A stretch of 64,000 nt of DNA from Gemmatimonadaceae bacterium (GCA_033763905.1 JANRJP010000102.1:32001-96000); one strand, 5' to 3'. Counted from the first letter of the stretch, positions 27,709-36,953 are shown. Notes: generated from the letters alone by a model not told the origin. Program-made: numbers and translations.

Positions 27709-29330
27709 TGGCGATCAAGGGCTCGCTCCGCGAAGCGTCGCTGCCGGACGTCTTGCAACTCCTGTCGATGGGCAAGAAGACGGGCTGCTTGAGCGTCTCG
27801 CACAAGAACAATTTCGGCTACATCTATTTCGACAAGGGACGCATCTCGTTCGCGGCGATCGTCAATCGTCGGGATCGGCTCGGTGACATCCTCGTCAAGA
27901 GCGGGGTGATCACGCACGAGCAGCTCGAAGAGACGATCGCGCTCCAGTCGAAGAGCCGCGATATGCGGCTGGGCGATCTGCTCGTCGAGCGCGGTCTGCT
28001 GAGTCGCGAAGCCTTGCACCAGCAGATCACCGTGCAGATCGAAGAGGCGGTGTACTTCCTCTTCACGTGGACGCAGGGGACGTTCTCGTTCGAGGCGGAT
28101 GTGCTGCCCGATCTGCAGGACTTCCTCGTGTCGATCAATCCCGAGTCGCTGCTGCTCGAGGGCGCGCGCCGCGTCGACGAGTGGAGCGTCATCGAGAAGA
28201 AGATTCCGTCGTTCGACGTGGTGTTCGAGCTCGATCGGGCCAAGCTCGCCTTGGCGAACAACGAACTGTCGGCGGAACAGAAGGCGATCGCGCAGCTGAT
28301 CGACGGTCGGCGGGATGTGGCCGAGATCGTCGAAGAGTCGGGGATGATCGAGTTCGACGTGGGCAAGGCGATGTACGGCTTGCTCACGGCCGGCTTCCTG
28401 CATCGCGTGGGAAAGACCAAGCCGCAGCAGTCGGATCCGCAGAGCGAACAGAAACTGCAGGAGCACCGCAATCTCGGCATCGCGTTCTACCGGACGGCGA
28501 TGTATGACGAAGCGCTCCGCGAGTTCCGCCGCGTGCACGAACTGCGGGTCGGCGATCCGGTGGGCCGGTTCTACACGGCGCTACTCTTCCTGCGACAGAA
28601 CAAGACGCAGGAGGCCGTGAGCGTGCTCCAGGATCTCGCGCAACACGGCACGGCCAAGGCCTCGGTGTTCCACAACCTCTCGCTGGCGCTCGAGCGGCTC
28701 GGGCGCTCGGACGAGGCGCGGGCCGCGCTGCAGGAAGCGATGACCCGCGGCGGCGAGACCGATGGGCTCGTGCATCTGTCGCGGGGGGTGTTGTTGCTCA
28801 AGGCGGGCGACCTGGCGGCCGCCGCCGCTGCGGTGGCAGAGGCGCGGCAGCACTTCGGGCGTCGGCCGCCGCCGGCGGTGTGGTTCCACTACGCCGGCCT
28901 GATCGATGCGCTTCGCGGTGACGTCGAGTCGGCCGAGACGGTGCTGCGCGAAGGGACCGAGGTGCATACGCACGCTGCCGTGCTCCATCTCAACCTCGCC
29001 GCAGTGCTCGAACGGCAAGGGAAGTACGAGCTCGCCTTGCAGTCGGCCGATCAGGCCGTGCTCGACGACCCGCAGCTCCCGCAGGCGCACAAGTCGCAGG
29101 GCGATCTCCACTACCGCGCGGGGCGCTTCGACGACGCGTGGGAGTCCTACAGCCGCGCCCTGCGGCTCGCGCCGGCGCTTGGCGCCGATTTGCACGTCAA
29201 GCTCGGCAATCTGCGGTTCAAGCGGCAGGAGACCCGCGATGCCGCCGCGCATTGGGAACGCGCGTTGCAGCTGGACCCGGAGAACGCGACCGCACGCGCG
29301 AATCTCGACGCGCTGGCCAAGGCCCGGTGA
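27708..29330 (+). CDS. DUF4388 domain + tandem MshEN-like motif + TPR protein
   Basis: IKGSLREASLPDVLQLLSMGKKTG, two RLG..LV..G motifs, ESLLLEGARRVDEW, C-terminal TPRs. Confidence 0.85.
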   Translation: MAIKGSLREASLPDVLQLLSMGKKTGCLSVSHKNNFGYIYFDKGRISFAAIVNRRDRLGDILVKSGVITHEQLEETIALQSKSRDMRLGDLLVERGLLSREALHQQITVQIEEAVYFLFTWTQGTFSFEADVLPDLQDFLVSINPESLLLEGARRVDEWSVIEKKIPSFDVVFELDRAKLALANNELSAEQKAIAQLIDGRRDVAEIVEESGMIEFDVGKAMYGLLTAGFLHRVGKTKPQQSDPQSEQKLQEHRNLGIAFYRTAMYDEALREFRRVHELRVGDPVGRFYTALLFLRQNKTQEAVSVLQDLAQHGTAKASVFHNLSLALERLGRSDEARAALQEAMTRGGETDGLVHLSRGVLLLKAGDLAAAAAAVAEARQHFGRRPPPAVWFHYAGLIDALRGDVESAETVLREGTEVHTHAAVLHLNLAAVLERQGKYELALQSADQAVLDDPQLPQAHKSQGDLHYRAGRFDDAWESYSRALRLAPALGADLHVKLGNLRFKRQETRDAAAHWERALQLDPENATARANLDALAKAR

Positions 29331-30142
29331 GCCTCGTGACCGCCCACGACGACGGTTCGCTCGACGCCTTGGCGGCGAAGATCGCGCGAGATCGCGGCTT
29401 CGCGGCCGGCTACTACAAGGATACCTGTCTGCGGCGGCGCATCGCCGTGCGGATGCGCGCGAATGGCGTGCACGACTATGCGCAGTACGCGGCGCTGCTC
29501 GACACCCGCGCCGATGAGTACGACAAGTTGCTCGACGCGCTGACGATCAACGTCACGCGGCTGTTCCGGAATCACGAGGCGTGGGAGGCGGTGGAGCGCC
29601 TCGTGTGGCCGTCGCTCTTCGCCGGCGTCGCGCCGGTGACGGTCTGGAGCGCGGGCTGCGCGACCGGCGAAGAGCCCGTGACGATCGTGATGAGCGCGCT
29701 GGCGTCGGGCGCGACGCCGCGGTCGGCCGACCGGCTCGTGGTGCACGCGACGGACATCGATCCGCGCGCACTGGCGCGCGCGCGGGCCGGCGTGTTTCCG
29801 CACAGCGCGTTCGCCGAGACGCCGGGCGAGTGGCGCGATCGCTGGTTCACCGGCCCGGCCCGCGATACCGCCACGCCCGCGCTGCTTGCGCCGATTCGCT
29901 TCGCGCAGCGCGATCTGCTTCAGGATCCGCCGCCCGCGCGAGGGCTGCAGCTCGTGGTCTGCCGCAACGTGATGATCTACTTCGACCGCGAGCCGCAGGA
30001 TCAGTTGCTGCGGACCTTCCACGATGCGCTCGCACCGGGAGGCTTCTTGCTGCTCGGCAAGGTGGAGTCGCTGCTCGGCCCCGCGCGTGCGCTGTTCGAG
30101 GTGGTCGACTCTCGCGAACGGCTGTTCCGGAGGGCGGCGTGA
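29327..30142 (+). CDS. cheR: Chemotaxis methyltransferase CheR
   Basis: LTINVTRLFR, WSAGCATGEEP, ATDID, CRNVMIYFD. Confidence 0.95.
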   Translation: MSLVTAHDDGSLDALAAKIARDRGFAAGYYKDTCLRRRIAVRMRANGVHDYAQYAALLDTRADEYDKLLDALTINVTRLFRNHEAWEAVERLVWPSLFAGVAPVTVWSAGCATGEEPVTIVMSALASGATPRSADRLVVHATDIDPRALARARAGVFPHSAFAETPGEWRDRWFTGPARDTATPALLAPIRFAQRDLLQDPPPARGLQLVVCRNVMIYFDREPQDQLLRTFHDALAPGGFLLLGKVESLLGPARALFEVVDSRERLFRRAA

Positions 30143-30633
30143 CGGTGACCGACTCGCTCACGGTGACCGTCCGCGTGGCCGATGCCGCCGCCGCCCGTGC
30201 CGATGTCACCCTGGTGACGCTGGGGCTGGGTTCCTGCGTCGCGGTGCTGTTGCACAATCCGGTCGTCGGGGCCGGTGCGCTGGCGCATATCCTGCTGCCG
30301 GATGAGTCGCTGTCCCGCGACACCTCGAATCCGGCGAAGTTCGCGACGACGGCCATCCCGCTGATTCTCGACCGGATGGCGAGTTACGGGCCGCTCCGGG
30401 ACGTGACGGCAAAGCTCGTGGGCGGGGCGCGGATGTTCGCGCAGCTGCTTCCCCAGGGCGGCGTCAATATGGGCGAGCGGAATCTGGTGGCGGCGCGGCA
30501 GACCCTGCGCGGCGCCGGCATTCCGATCGCCGCAGAAGACACCGGCGGCGAGTACGGGCGCAGCGTGTATTTCCACGTCGGCACCGGCCGGGTCACGGTG
30601 CGGTCGATCAAGGCCGGTGAGCGCACCCTCTAG
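30139..30633 (+). CDS. cheD: Chemoreceptor glutamine deamidase CheD
   Basis: TLGLGSCVAV, AHILLP, AKLVGGARMF, GERN, EDTGGEYGR. Confidence 0.93.
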   Translation: MTVTDSLTVTVRVADAAAARADVTLVTLGLGSCVAVLLHNPVVGAGALAHILLPDESLSRDTSNPAKFATTAIPLILDRMASYGPLRDVTAKLVGGARMFAQLLPQGGVNMGERNLVAARQTLRGAGIPIAAEDTGGEYGRSVYFHVGTGRVTVRSIKAGERTL

Positions 30634-31690
30634 CGCCGCGCGCACCGTGCTCGTCGTCGACGACTCCGCGTTTATGCGCAAGGTCGTCAGCGATCTCGTG
30701 GGCGCGTTGCCGGGCTTTCGGGTGATCGGCACGGCGCGAGACGGGCAACACGCGCTGGAGCAGGTGCACACGCTCGACCCCGACATCGTCACCCTCGATG
30801 TCGAGATGCCGGAGCTCGACGGGCTGCAGGCGTTGGGGTACATCATGAGCGAGACCCCGCGGCCGGTCGTGATGCTGTCGGCGGCCGACGGGGCCGATGG
30901 CGCGCTCACGCTGCGCGCGCTCGAACTCGGTGCCGTCGATTTCGTCCGCAAGCCGTCCGGCGCGATCTCGCTGGATCTCACACGCGTGCAGGATCGGCTG
31001 CATCAGGCATTGCTGGCCGCGGCCGAGGCGAATGTGGCGGGCGTGCGAGCCGTGGCTCGCTTGCCCCGGGTCTCGGCGGGCGTCGGCCTGTCGCCGCATA
31101 CGGCGCGCAAGCTCGTCGTGATTGCGTGCTCGACCGGGGGGCCGCGGGCGCTGGTCGAGGTCATTCCGGCGCTGCCGGTGACGCTCGATGCTGCGGTGCT
31201 GGTCGTGCAGCATATGCCCAAGGGCTTCACGCGCTCCCTCGCGGAGCGCCTCGATCACGCGAGTCGCTGTACCGTGCGTGAGGCCGCAGACGGCGCCGCC
31301 CTGCAGCGCGGGCTCGTGTATGTCGCCCCGGGCGGGCGGCATCTGGTGGTGGGCGAGCGTCCCGAGGGGCCCTGCTGCTCGATCGACGACTCGCCGCCGG
31401 TCTGGGGGGTGCGACCGGCCGCCGACGTCCTCTTTCGGAGCGCCGCCCGGGCTTACGGCGCGTCGGTCGTCGGCGTGGTGCTCACCGGGATGGGGCGGGA
31501 CGGTGCCGAAGGCTTGTCGCGCATCCGCGAGGCGGGCGGCCGCGCCATCGTGCAAGACCGCGAAACAAGCACGATCTACGGAATGCCCCAGGCGGCGTTG
31601 CAGATTGCCGGCGCCGATCAGGTCGTGCCGTTGAGCGGCGTCGCGACGGCGATTCGCGAACTGGTGGCCACTGTGCCGGAGGCGGCGTGA
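30617..31690 (+). CDS. cheB: Chemotaxis methylesterase CheB (REC + esterase)
   Basis: VVDDSAFMR, CSTGGP, VQHMP, LTGMGRDG catalytic triad. Confidence 0.96.
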   Translation: MSAPSSAARTVLVVDDSAFMRKVVSDLVGALPGFRVIGTARDGQHALEQVHTLDPDIVTLDVEMPELDGLQALGYIMSETPRPVVMLSAADGADGALTLRALELGAVDFVRKPSGAISLDLTRVQDRLHQALLAAAEANVAGVRAVARLPRVSAGVGLSPHTARKLVVIACSTGGPRALVEVIPALPVTLDAAVLVVQHMPKGFTRSLAERLDHASRCTVREAADGAALQRGLVYVAPGGRHLVVGERPEGPCCSIDDSPPVWGVRPAADVLFRSAARAYGASVVGVVLTGMGRDGAEGLSRIREAGGRAIVQDRETSTIYGMPQAALQIAGADQVVPLSGVATAIRELVATVPEAA

Positions 31691-32289
31691 GCACCCCGCG
31701 TCCACCGGAGGCGATCCCGATGCGGATGCCGACGCCAACGCAGTTGGCGGCGATCCTCAATCCCGATGCACCGCCCGCGCCGCCGCCGGCCATCCTCGAA
31801 CCCGAGTTGCCCCCCGTCGCGCGCGCGCCGCTCAAGTCGTTACGGGCCCGCTTGGCCGATCGGGAGTCGGTGCCGATGCTCGTGCTGGAGGCGGGCAGCG
31901 AGCGGTACGTGGCGTCGCTGGCCGACGTGCTCGAAGCCGTCGACGCACCCGACATCCATCCGCTCCCGCGGATGTCCGGCGCGACCCGTGGGGTGCTACC
32001 GCTGCGCGGCGCCCTCGTGACGGTCCTCGATCCGTCTCGGGTGCTCGGGCACCCCGCCGTCCGTGGCGACGCGGCGCTCGTCGTGTCGCACGCCGGCGGC
32101 CGCTTGGCCGTGCTGGTCGACGACGTCCTCGATGCGATGACCTTGGAGCCCTCCGCCGTACGCACCGTGCCCTCGGCGCTCGCCGCCGACCGGGTGTTGA
32201 TTGGCGCCGTCCCGCACGACGGTCGCCTCGCCGGCATTCTTGATCTGGCGGCGTTGCTCGACGCCGCCCTTGCCCTCGCTGACCGATGA
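31687..32289 (+). CDS. cheW: CheW-domain protein with Pro-rich N-terminal extension
   Basis: IHPLPRMSGATRGVLPLRGALVTVLD, LAVLVDDV. Confidence 0.8.
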   Translation: MSTPRPPEAIPMRMPTPTQLAAILNPDAPPAPPPAILEPELPPVARAPLKSLRARLADRESVPMLVLEAGSERYVASLADVLEAVDAPDIHPLPRMSGATRGVLPLRGALVTVLDPSRVLGHPAVRGDAALVVSHAGGRLAVLVDDVLDAMTLEPSAVRTVPSALAADRVLIGAVPHDGRLAGILDLAALLDAALALADR

Positions 32290-32804
32290 CCGCCGCTCCG
32301 CACCATCAGCAACTCGTGGCCTTCCGGCTCGGGAATGACCAGTTCGCTGCCGACGTCTTCAGCGTCGAGCGGGTGCTGCGCTACGTGCCACCGCGCGCGA
32401 TCCCCAATGTGCCGGCCTGGATCGCGGGAGTGGTCGACTATCAGCAGCGGGTCGTGCCGGTGATCGATCTGCGGGCCCGCTTCGAGCTGCCGCCCGTTCC
32501 GCCGAAACCCGAGACTCGCATCCTCGTGCTGCACGTCGATGGGGAGTGGATTGGCGCCATCGTCGATGCCGTCACCGAAGTCGCGAGCGTCGAGGCCGGG
32601 GCCGTCCAGCCACCGCCCCCGCTGTTCCGCGGGCTGTCGGCCGCCTTCCTCAAGGGCGTCGTCCGTCGCGGCGACGCGCTGATCGTGGTGCTCGACACCG
32701 CGCGCCTGCTGTCGACCACCGAACGCCTGGTGCTCGAGCAGGCGGGCAGTGCGCCGAGTCGTGAGACCGATCTTCCCACCGCTGGAGCACCAGCCGATGC
32801 CTGA
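32286..32804 (+). CDS. cheW: Chemotaxis protein CheW
   Basis: QLVAFRLG, IPNVPAWIAGVV, VPVIDLRARF, GAIVDAVTEV. Confidence 0.9.
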   Translation: MTAAPHHQQLVAFRLGNDQFAADVFSVERVLRYVPPRAIPNVPAWIAGVVDYQQRVVPVIDLRARFELPPVPPKPETRILVLHVDGEWIGAIVDAVTEVASVEAGAVQPPPPLFRGLSAAFLKGVVRRGDALIVVLDTARLLSTTERLVLEQAGSAPSRETDLPTAGAPADA

Positions 32805-33648
32805 CTCCCGTTCCCTCAGCTTCAAGGATCGCTACGCCGCGATCGACGCACGGCTCGACGCCGGGCTCGCCGCGAGCGAGCGCGACGCGACCAAGGCCGA
32901 GATCATCGCGCTGTTCAAGCAGGTCGAACAGGAGATCACCGACCTGAGCGCCCTCAAGGACCAGATCAAGGCCCTCGTCGACAAGTGGAAGGCGGCGGCG
33001 CCGTCGATGGCCCCGCAGTTCACGGGCGAAAAGCCGGTCGTCCATCAGGATCACATCGGGGCGTCGACCTTCATCGAGAAGGGCTGGAGCCGCATCTCGC
33101 TGGGCGACTATCCTGCCGCCGAGGAAGCCCTCGTGAAGGCGCTGGAGCTCTCGCCGAACGAGACCCAGGCGACGTCGCTGCTGGGCTGGGCGCAGATGCT
33201 GCAGGAGAAGTACGACGACGCCCTGATGAACTTCCAGAAGGTGCTGATCAAGGAGCCGGCGAACTCCTTGGCACGGATCAACGTCGGCTACATCTGCCTC
33301 AAGAAGCGGATTTTTGGGGAGGCCATCGAGCATCTCTCGCGCGCGATCCGGCTCGACAACGACAAGAAGGCCACGCTCTACGCGCACTTCTATCTCGGGC
33401 TGGTGTATCTGGAACGGGAGATGTCGGAGGACGCGATCACCTTCTTCCGCAAGACGCTGGCGCTCGGGCCGAATCTGCTCGAGGCCTACTACGAACTGGG
33501 GCGCGCCTACTGGCAGTTGGGCGACCGGGCGCAGGGGTTGCAGGCGTGGAAGGACGGCTTCGCGGCGAACAAGTTCAATCCGTGGGGCAAGAAGTGCGGC
33601 GAACTCGTGAAGGTGGTCGAGGCGGGCGGGGAACCGTCGATCGCGTGA
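32797..33648 (+). CDS. TPR protein with N-terminal coiled coil
   Basis: About five TPRs (LLGWAQML, INVGYICL, FYLGLVYL, YELGRAYW); GGAG RBS. Confidence 0.85.
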   Translation: MPDSRSLSFKDRYAAIDARLDAGLAASERDATKAEIIALFKQVEQEITDLSALKDQIKALVDKWKAAAPSMAPQFTGEKPVVHQDHIGASTFIEKGWSRISLGDYPAAEEALVKALELSPNETQATSLLGWAQMLQEKYDDALMNFQKVLIKEPANSLARINVGYICLKKRIFGEAIEHLSRAIRLDNDKKATLYAHFYLGLVYLEREMSEDAITFFRKTLALGPNLLEAYYELGRAYWQLGDRAQGLQAWKDGFAANKFNPWGKKCGELVKVVEAGGEPSIA

Positions 33649-34667
33649 CGCGGTGGGCGCGGCGCGCGCTGACGTCGCTCGCCGCAGGCGTGACGCTCCT
33701 CGCCTCGGCCTCGGCGGCGGCGCTCGGCGCGCAGGATGCCGGCGCAACGCGCCTCGATGGGGGGCGCTTCTCGGTGTACGCCTACCCGCAGGACGCCGCG
33801 CTGGCCCGCGCGGTGCTCGAGGCGGCCCGCACGCGTGACACGTTTCCCGGCCTGCCCAGGCCCACGCGACGCGTGGTGATTGCGATCGCGCCCGACGCGC
33901 GTCGCTTTCGGGAGTGGGTCGGCCCCTCCGCGCCGGAGTGGGGAAGTGCCATCGCGTTTCCCGACGAGCAGCGGACGGTGCTCCACGGGCGATCGGCGTC
34001 CAGCGATGCCGGCGATCCGATCCGCGTCCTGCGCCACGAGCTGGCGCACTTGGCGTTGCACGAAGCGCTGCCCGACGCCGAGATCCCGCGGTGGTTCGAC
34101 GAGGGGTATGCGAGCCTCGTCGCCGGTGAATGGGGGCGCGACGAATTGATCGCGTTGCAGCTCGCGCTGGCGGCGCGGCGCGGGGGGAGTCTGGCGGCGC
34201 TGGATTCGGCCTTCACCGGTGGGGCCGTACGCGCCGAAGCGGCCTACGCCCTAGCGACGCGGGCCGTCATCGATCTCGCCGCGCTGGATCCCGCGCGCGG
34301 GCTGGCGCTGCTGTTCGATTACTGGCGGAGCGACCGGCGCCTGGATGTGGCGGTGCGCCACGCCTACGGCATCACGCTGTCCGGCTTCGAAGTGCAATGG
34401 GCGGAACGGACGCGGCGACGGTACGGCGCGCTGGCCATTGCCTCGGATCTCGGGTTGGCGGGCATCGTCCTGTTGCTCGTCCTGGGGCCGCTATGGTGGG
34501 CACGGCGGCGCCGGGACCGGCGGCGCCTCGCGGCGATGGCCGCCGCCGACGCGGCAGCCGAGGCCCGGGCGCGGGCGCAGGCGCTGGAGGCCCTGCTGGC
34601 GCTCGGCGCGCCCCCTCCCGCCGACGGCGCACCCCCAGTGCCTCCACCAAGCGAAGGGACGCGCTAG
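33645..34667 (+). CDS. Exported, membrane-anchored peptidase MA-like (HEXXH) protein
   Basis: Signal-peptide-like N-terminus, RHELAH, PRWFDEG, C-terminal TM followed by Arg-rich stop-transfer. Confidence 0.75.
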   Translation: MTRWARRALTSLAAGVTLLASASAAALGAQDAGATRLDGGRFSVYAYPQDAALARAVLEAARTRDTFPGLPRPTRRVVIAIAPDARRFREWVGPSAPEWGSAIAFPDEQRTVLHGRSASSDAGDPIRVLRHELAHLALHEALPDAEIPRWFDEGYASLVAGEWGRDELIALQLALAARRGGSLAALDSAFTGGAVRAEAAYALATRAVIDLAALDPARGLALLFDYWRSDRRLDVAVRHAYGITLSGFEVQWAERTRRRYGALAIASDLGLAGIVLLLVLGPLWWARRRRDRRRLAAMAAADAAAEARARAQALEALLALGAPPPADGAPPVPPPSEGTR

Positions 34668-34676
34668 CTTTCAGGA

Positions 34677-34853
34677 ATGCCCGACACTCCGACTCCGACC
34701 CGCTCGTCGCGCCCCCTGCTGTGGTGGGGTGCTGCGGCCCTGACGCTCCTTGCCGGCTACGCCGATCTGATCCGCGGTGGCGAAACCATCTCCGCGATTC
34801 TGCTGGTGATCGGGTACTGCGTGCTCGTTCCGGCCGCGATTCTGAAGGTCTGA
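34677..34853 (+). CDS. Small two-TM membrane protein, 58 aa (possibly DUF3098-like)
   Basis: MPDTPTPTRSSRPLLWWGAAALTLLAGYADLIRGGETISAILLVIGYCVLVPAAILKV; TAGCTT 6 nt before ATG; not in the ORF track. Confidence 0.72.
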   Translation: MPDTPTPTRSSRPLLWWGAAALTLLAGYADLIRGGETISAILLVIGYCVLVPAAILKV

Positions 34854-34985
34854 CGCGAGCTGGCCGGCCTGCCTCGGCAACAATCCGGCCGAGGCATCCG
34901 TTATTGCTTGCGTCGCCCTTGCTGGGCGGCGAAATTTCTCGGCTCCGTGTCTCGGTTGGCTGCAGGGCGGGCCGAGGCTGGCGCC

Positions 34986-35059
34986 GGGCGAATAGCTCAG
35001 TTGGTTAGAGCACCTGTCTTACACACAGGAAGTCGGGGGTTCGAGTCCCTCTTCGCCCA
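34986..35059 (+). tRNA. tRNA-Val (anticodon TAC), CCA not encoded
   Basis: Acceptor GGGCGAA/TTCGCCC, D-arm AGCTCAGTTGGTTAGAGC, anticodon arm CCTGT-CTTACAC-ACAGG, T-loop GGTTCGAGTCC. Confidence 0.97.
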
Positions 35060-35129
35060 TCGGTGGGAACAGGACCCCGCGCCGCGCGTGTGGGGTAGGT
35101 CAGTCAACGTCTTGATGGAGTGCGCGCTG

Positions 35130-36851
35130 ATGGTCCGGATGCATCGTGGGCGAGTGTTGATCGTAGCAGCGGCGGCGTTGGCGGCGGGGCTGCCGAGCGT
35201 CGGCGCTGCGCAGCCGCGTGGCGTGCAGGCGCGGCGCATTATGGTCACCAACCTCCGCAGCACCGAGAAGACCCTCGGGCAGCAGACGGCCGACGCCATT
35301 CGCAGCGGACTCGAAGGCGAGTTCCCGCCGCGGGTCGTGACGGTCATTTCCAAGACCGACATCAACAACACCCTCGATCAGTCGGGCTACTCGATCACCG
35401 AGGCCCTGTCGTCGAGCGATGCGAAGGCGCTGGCCAACCTGATCCGTGCCGACGAGTACATCGAAGGGCTCGTGGTCAAGACGCAGACCGGGTTCAAGGT
35501 CGATGCGCGGCTGGTGCTGGCGCGTGACAACAACGTCGTCGAGCCGCTCGCGGTGGTCGAAGGGACGCGCTTGGGCGATATCGCCAACAAGGTCACGCGC
35601 GAAGTGCGCGAAGCGCGCCGCCAGGTCGATGACGAAGCCGAGTGCTACCTCGAGGCCCGGCAGAGCAAGTACGCCGACGCCATCAAGCGCGCCCAGAGCG
35701 GCATCAAGCGCTTCCCGAAGTCGAATATGCTGCGGCTCTGCCTGCTCACGACGATGCAGTCGATGAAGCAGCCGACGGACTCGCTGCTGCCGGTGATCGA
35801 GGAAATCCTCAAGGTCGATTCGCTCAACCGCGTCGCCCTGACGGCCGCCTCGGCTGCGTACAAGGAGAAGGACGATTCGACGCGCTACATCAAGTCGCTC
35901 GTCACGCTCGTTGCTGGCGATCCCACCAACCTGACGCTCATCAACCGCGTCGTCACCGAACTCGGCGCGTATCGCCGGGCGTCGGTCGCTGCGCCAATCG
36001 TCAAGCAGGCCGTCACCGACAACCCGGGCGACGTGAACCTGCTGAACACGGCCTGGAAGGTCGCGCTGGCGGCGGGGGACTGGAAGGACGCCATCACGTA
36101 CGGCGAAGAACTGGTGAAGCTCGACACCGCCGCGGCGGACACTACCTTCTTCACGCGTCTGGCGGCCGCGTACGTCAGCGACTCGCAGCCGCCGAAGGCG
36201 GCCGAGGCGCTGGCCCGCGGTGCCGCGAAGTTCCCGAGCAACGTGGCGATCTGGACGGCGCTCGGCGCCCAGCAGCGCAAGACGGGCCAGGTCCAGCAGT
36301 CGATCGAGAGCCTCCGCCGTGCGCTGGCGATCGACCCGAAGGCCGAGAACGCGCACCTGCTGATTGCGCAGGGCTTCGTCGATATGCAGCAGCCGGATTC
36401 GGCGCTGGGCGAAGTGCGCGCGGCGCTCGCGAGCGGCTCGAACAAGACGGTACTGGGCGGCTTTGCACTCTCGCTCGCCAACGGCGCCTACCGCACCGCC
36501 AACACGAGCAAGACGCGTGACGACTGGACGCGCGCGCTGGCCACGGCGCAGTTCGCCGACAGCGTGAATGCCTCGCCGACGGCGAAGTTCCTCGGCGGGA
36601 CGGCGGCGTTCAACATCGCGATCAGCGCGCTGCAGGAAGCCGGTCCGGCGAAGAGCTGCGAGGTCGCCACCTTGTCGCAGCAGCACTTCACCATCGCCGA
36701 GCAGCTGATTCCGGCTGGCGGCTCGACGAGCCCGCAGGCCGCCGGCCAGATGATGGGGTACGTGACGCAGTACAGCCCCAACGCGGCGAAGATGGTGGAT
36801 GTCTTCTGCAAGGCGTCGGGTGGCAAGCCGGCGGCGACCAAGAAGCCCTGA
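35130..36851 (+). CDS. Exported TPR/alpha-helical repeat protein
   Basis: GGAG RBS, signal peptide (VLIVAAAALAAGLPSVGAAQ), TPR-like repeats, strongly biased codon usage. Confidence 0.8.
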   Translation: MVRMHRGRVLIVAAAALAAGLPSVGAAQPRGVQARRIMVTNLRSTEKTLGQQTADAIRSGLEGEFPPRVVTVISKTDINNTLDQSGYSITEALSSSDAKALANLIRADEYIEGLVVKTQTGFKVDARLVLARDNNVVEPLAVVEGTRLGDIANKVTREVREARRQVDDEAECYLEARQSKYADAIKRAQSGIKRFPKSNMLRLCLLTTMQSMKQPTDSLLPVIEEILKVDSLNRVALTAASAAYKEKDDSTRYIKSLVTLVAGDPTNLTLINRVVTELGAYRRASVAAPIVKQAVTDNPGDVNLLNTAWKVALAAGDWKDAITYGEELVKLDTAAADTTFFTRLAAAYVSDSQPPKAAEALARGAAKFPSNVAIWTALGAQQRKTGQVQQSIESLRRALAIDPKAENAHLLIAQGFVDMQQPDSALGEVRAALASGSNKTVLGGFALSLANGAYRTANTSKTRDDWTRALATAQFADSVNASPTAKFLGGTAAFNIAISALQEAGPAKSCEVATLSQQHFTIAEQLIPAGGSTSPQAAGQMMGYVTQYSPNAAKMVDVFCKASGGKPAATKKP

Positions 36852-36869
36852 ACTCGTCCCCCGCGATGA

Positions 36870-36910
36870 TCGAGGCCCGCCGACCGCTGTCGGCGGGCCT
36901 CGACCGTTTG
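36870..36910 (+). terminator. Probable intrinsic terminator
   Basis: Perfect 15-bp stem TCGAGGCCCGCCGAC/GTCGGCGGGCCTCGA followed by CCGTTTGT. Confidence 0.7.
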
Positions 36911-36953
36911 TCCCTGCAACGGCCCGCCTGTCAGAGCCGCTAGATTGCTGGTA

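Noticed and set aside
34908..35129. N-terminal extension of the 647-aa ORF in the track
   Set aside because: It reads through the tRNA-Val gene; the RBS and signal peptide support a start at 35130
34986..36910. tRNA-Val as integration site of a genomic island
   Set aside because: No integrase, no duplicated tRNA 3' end seen, and downstream codon usage is host-like
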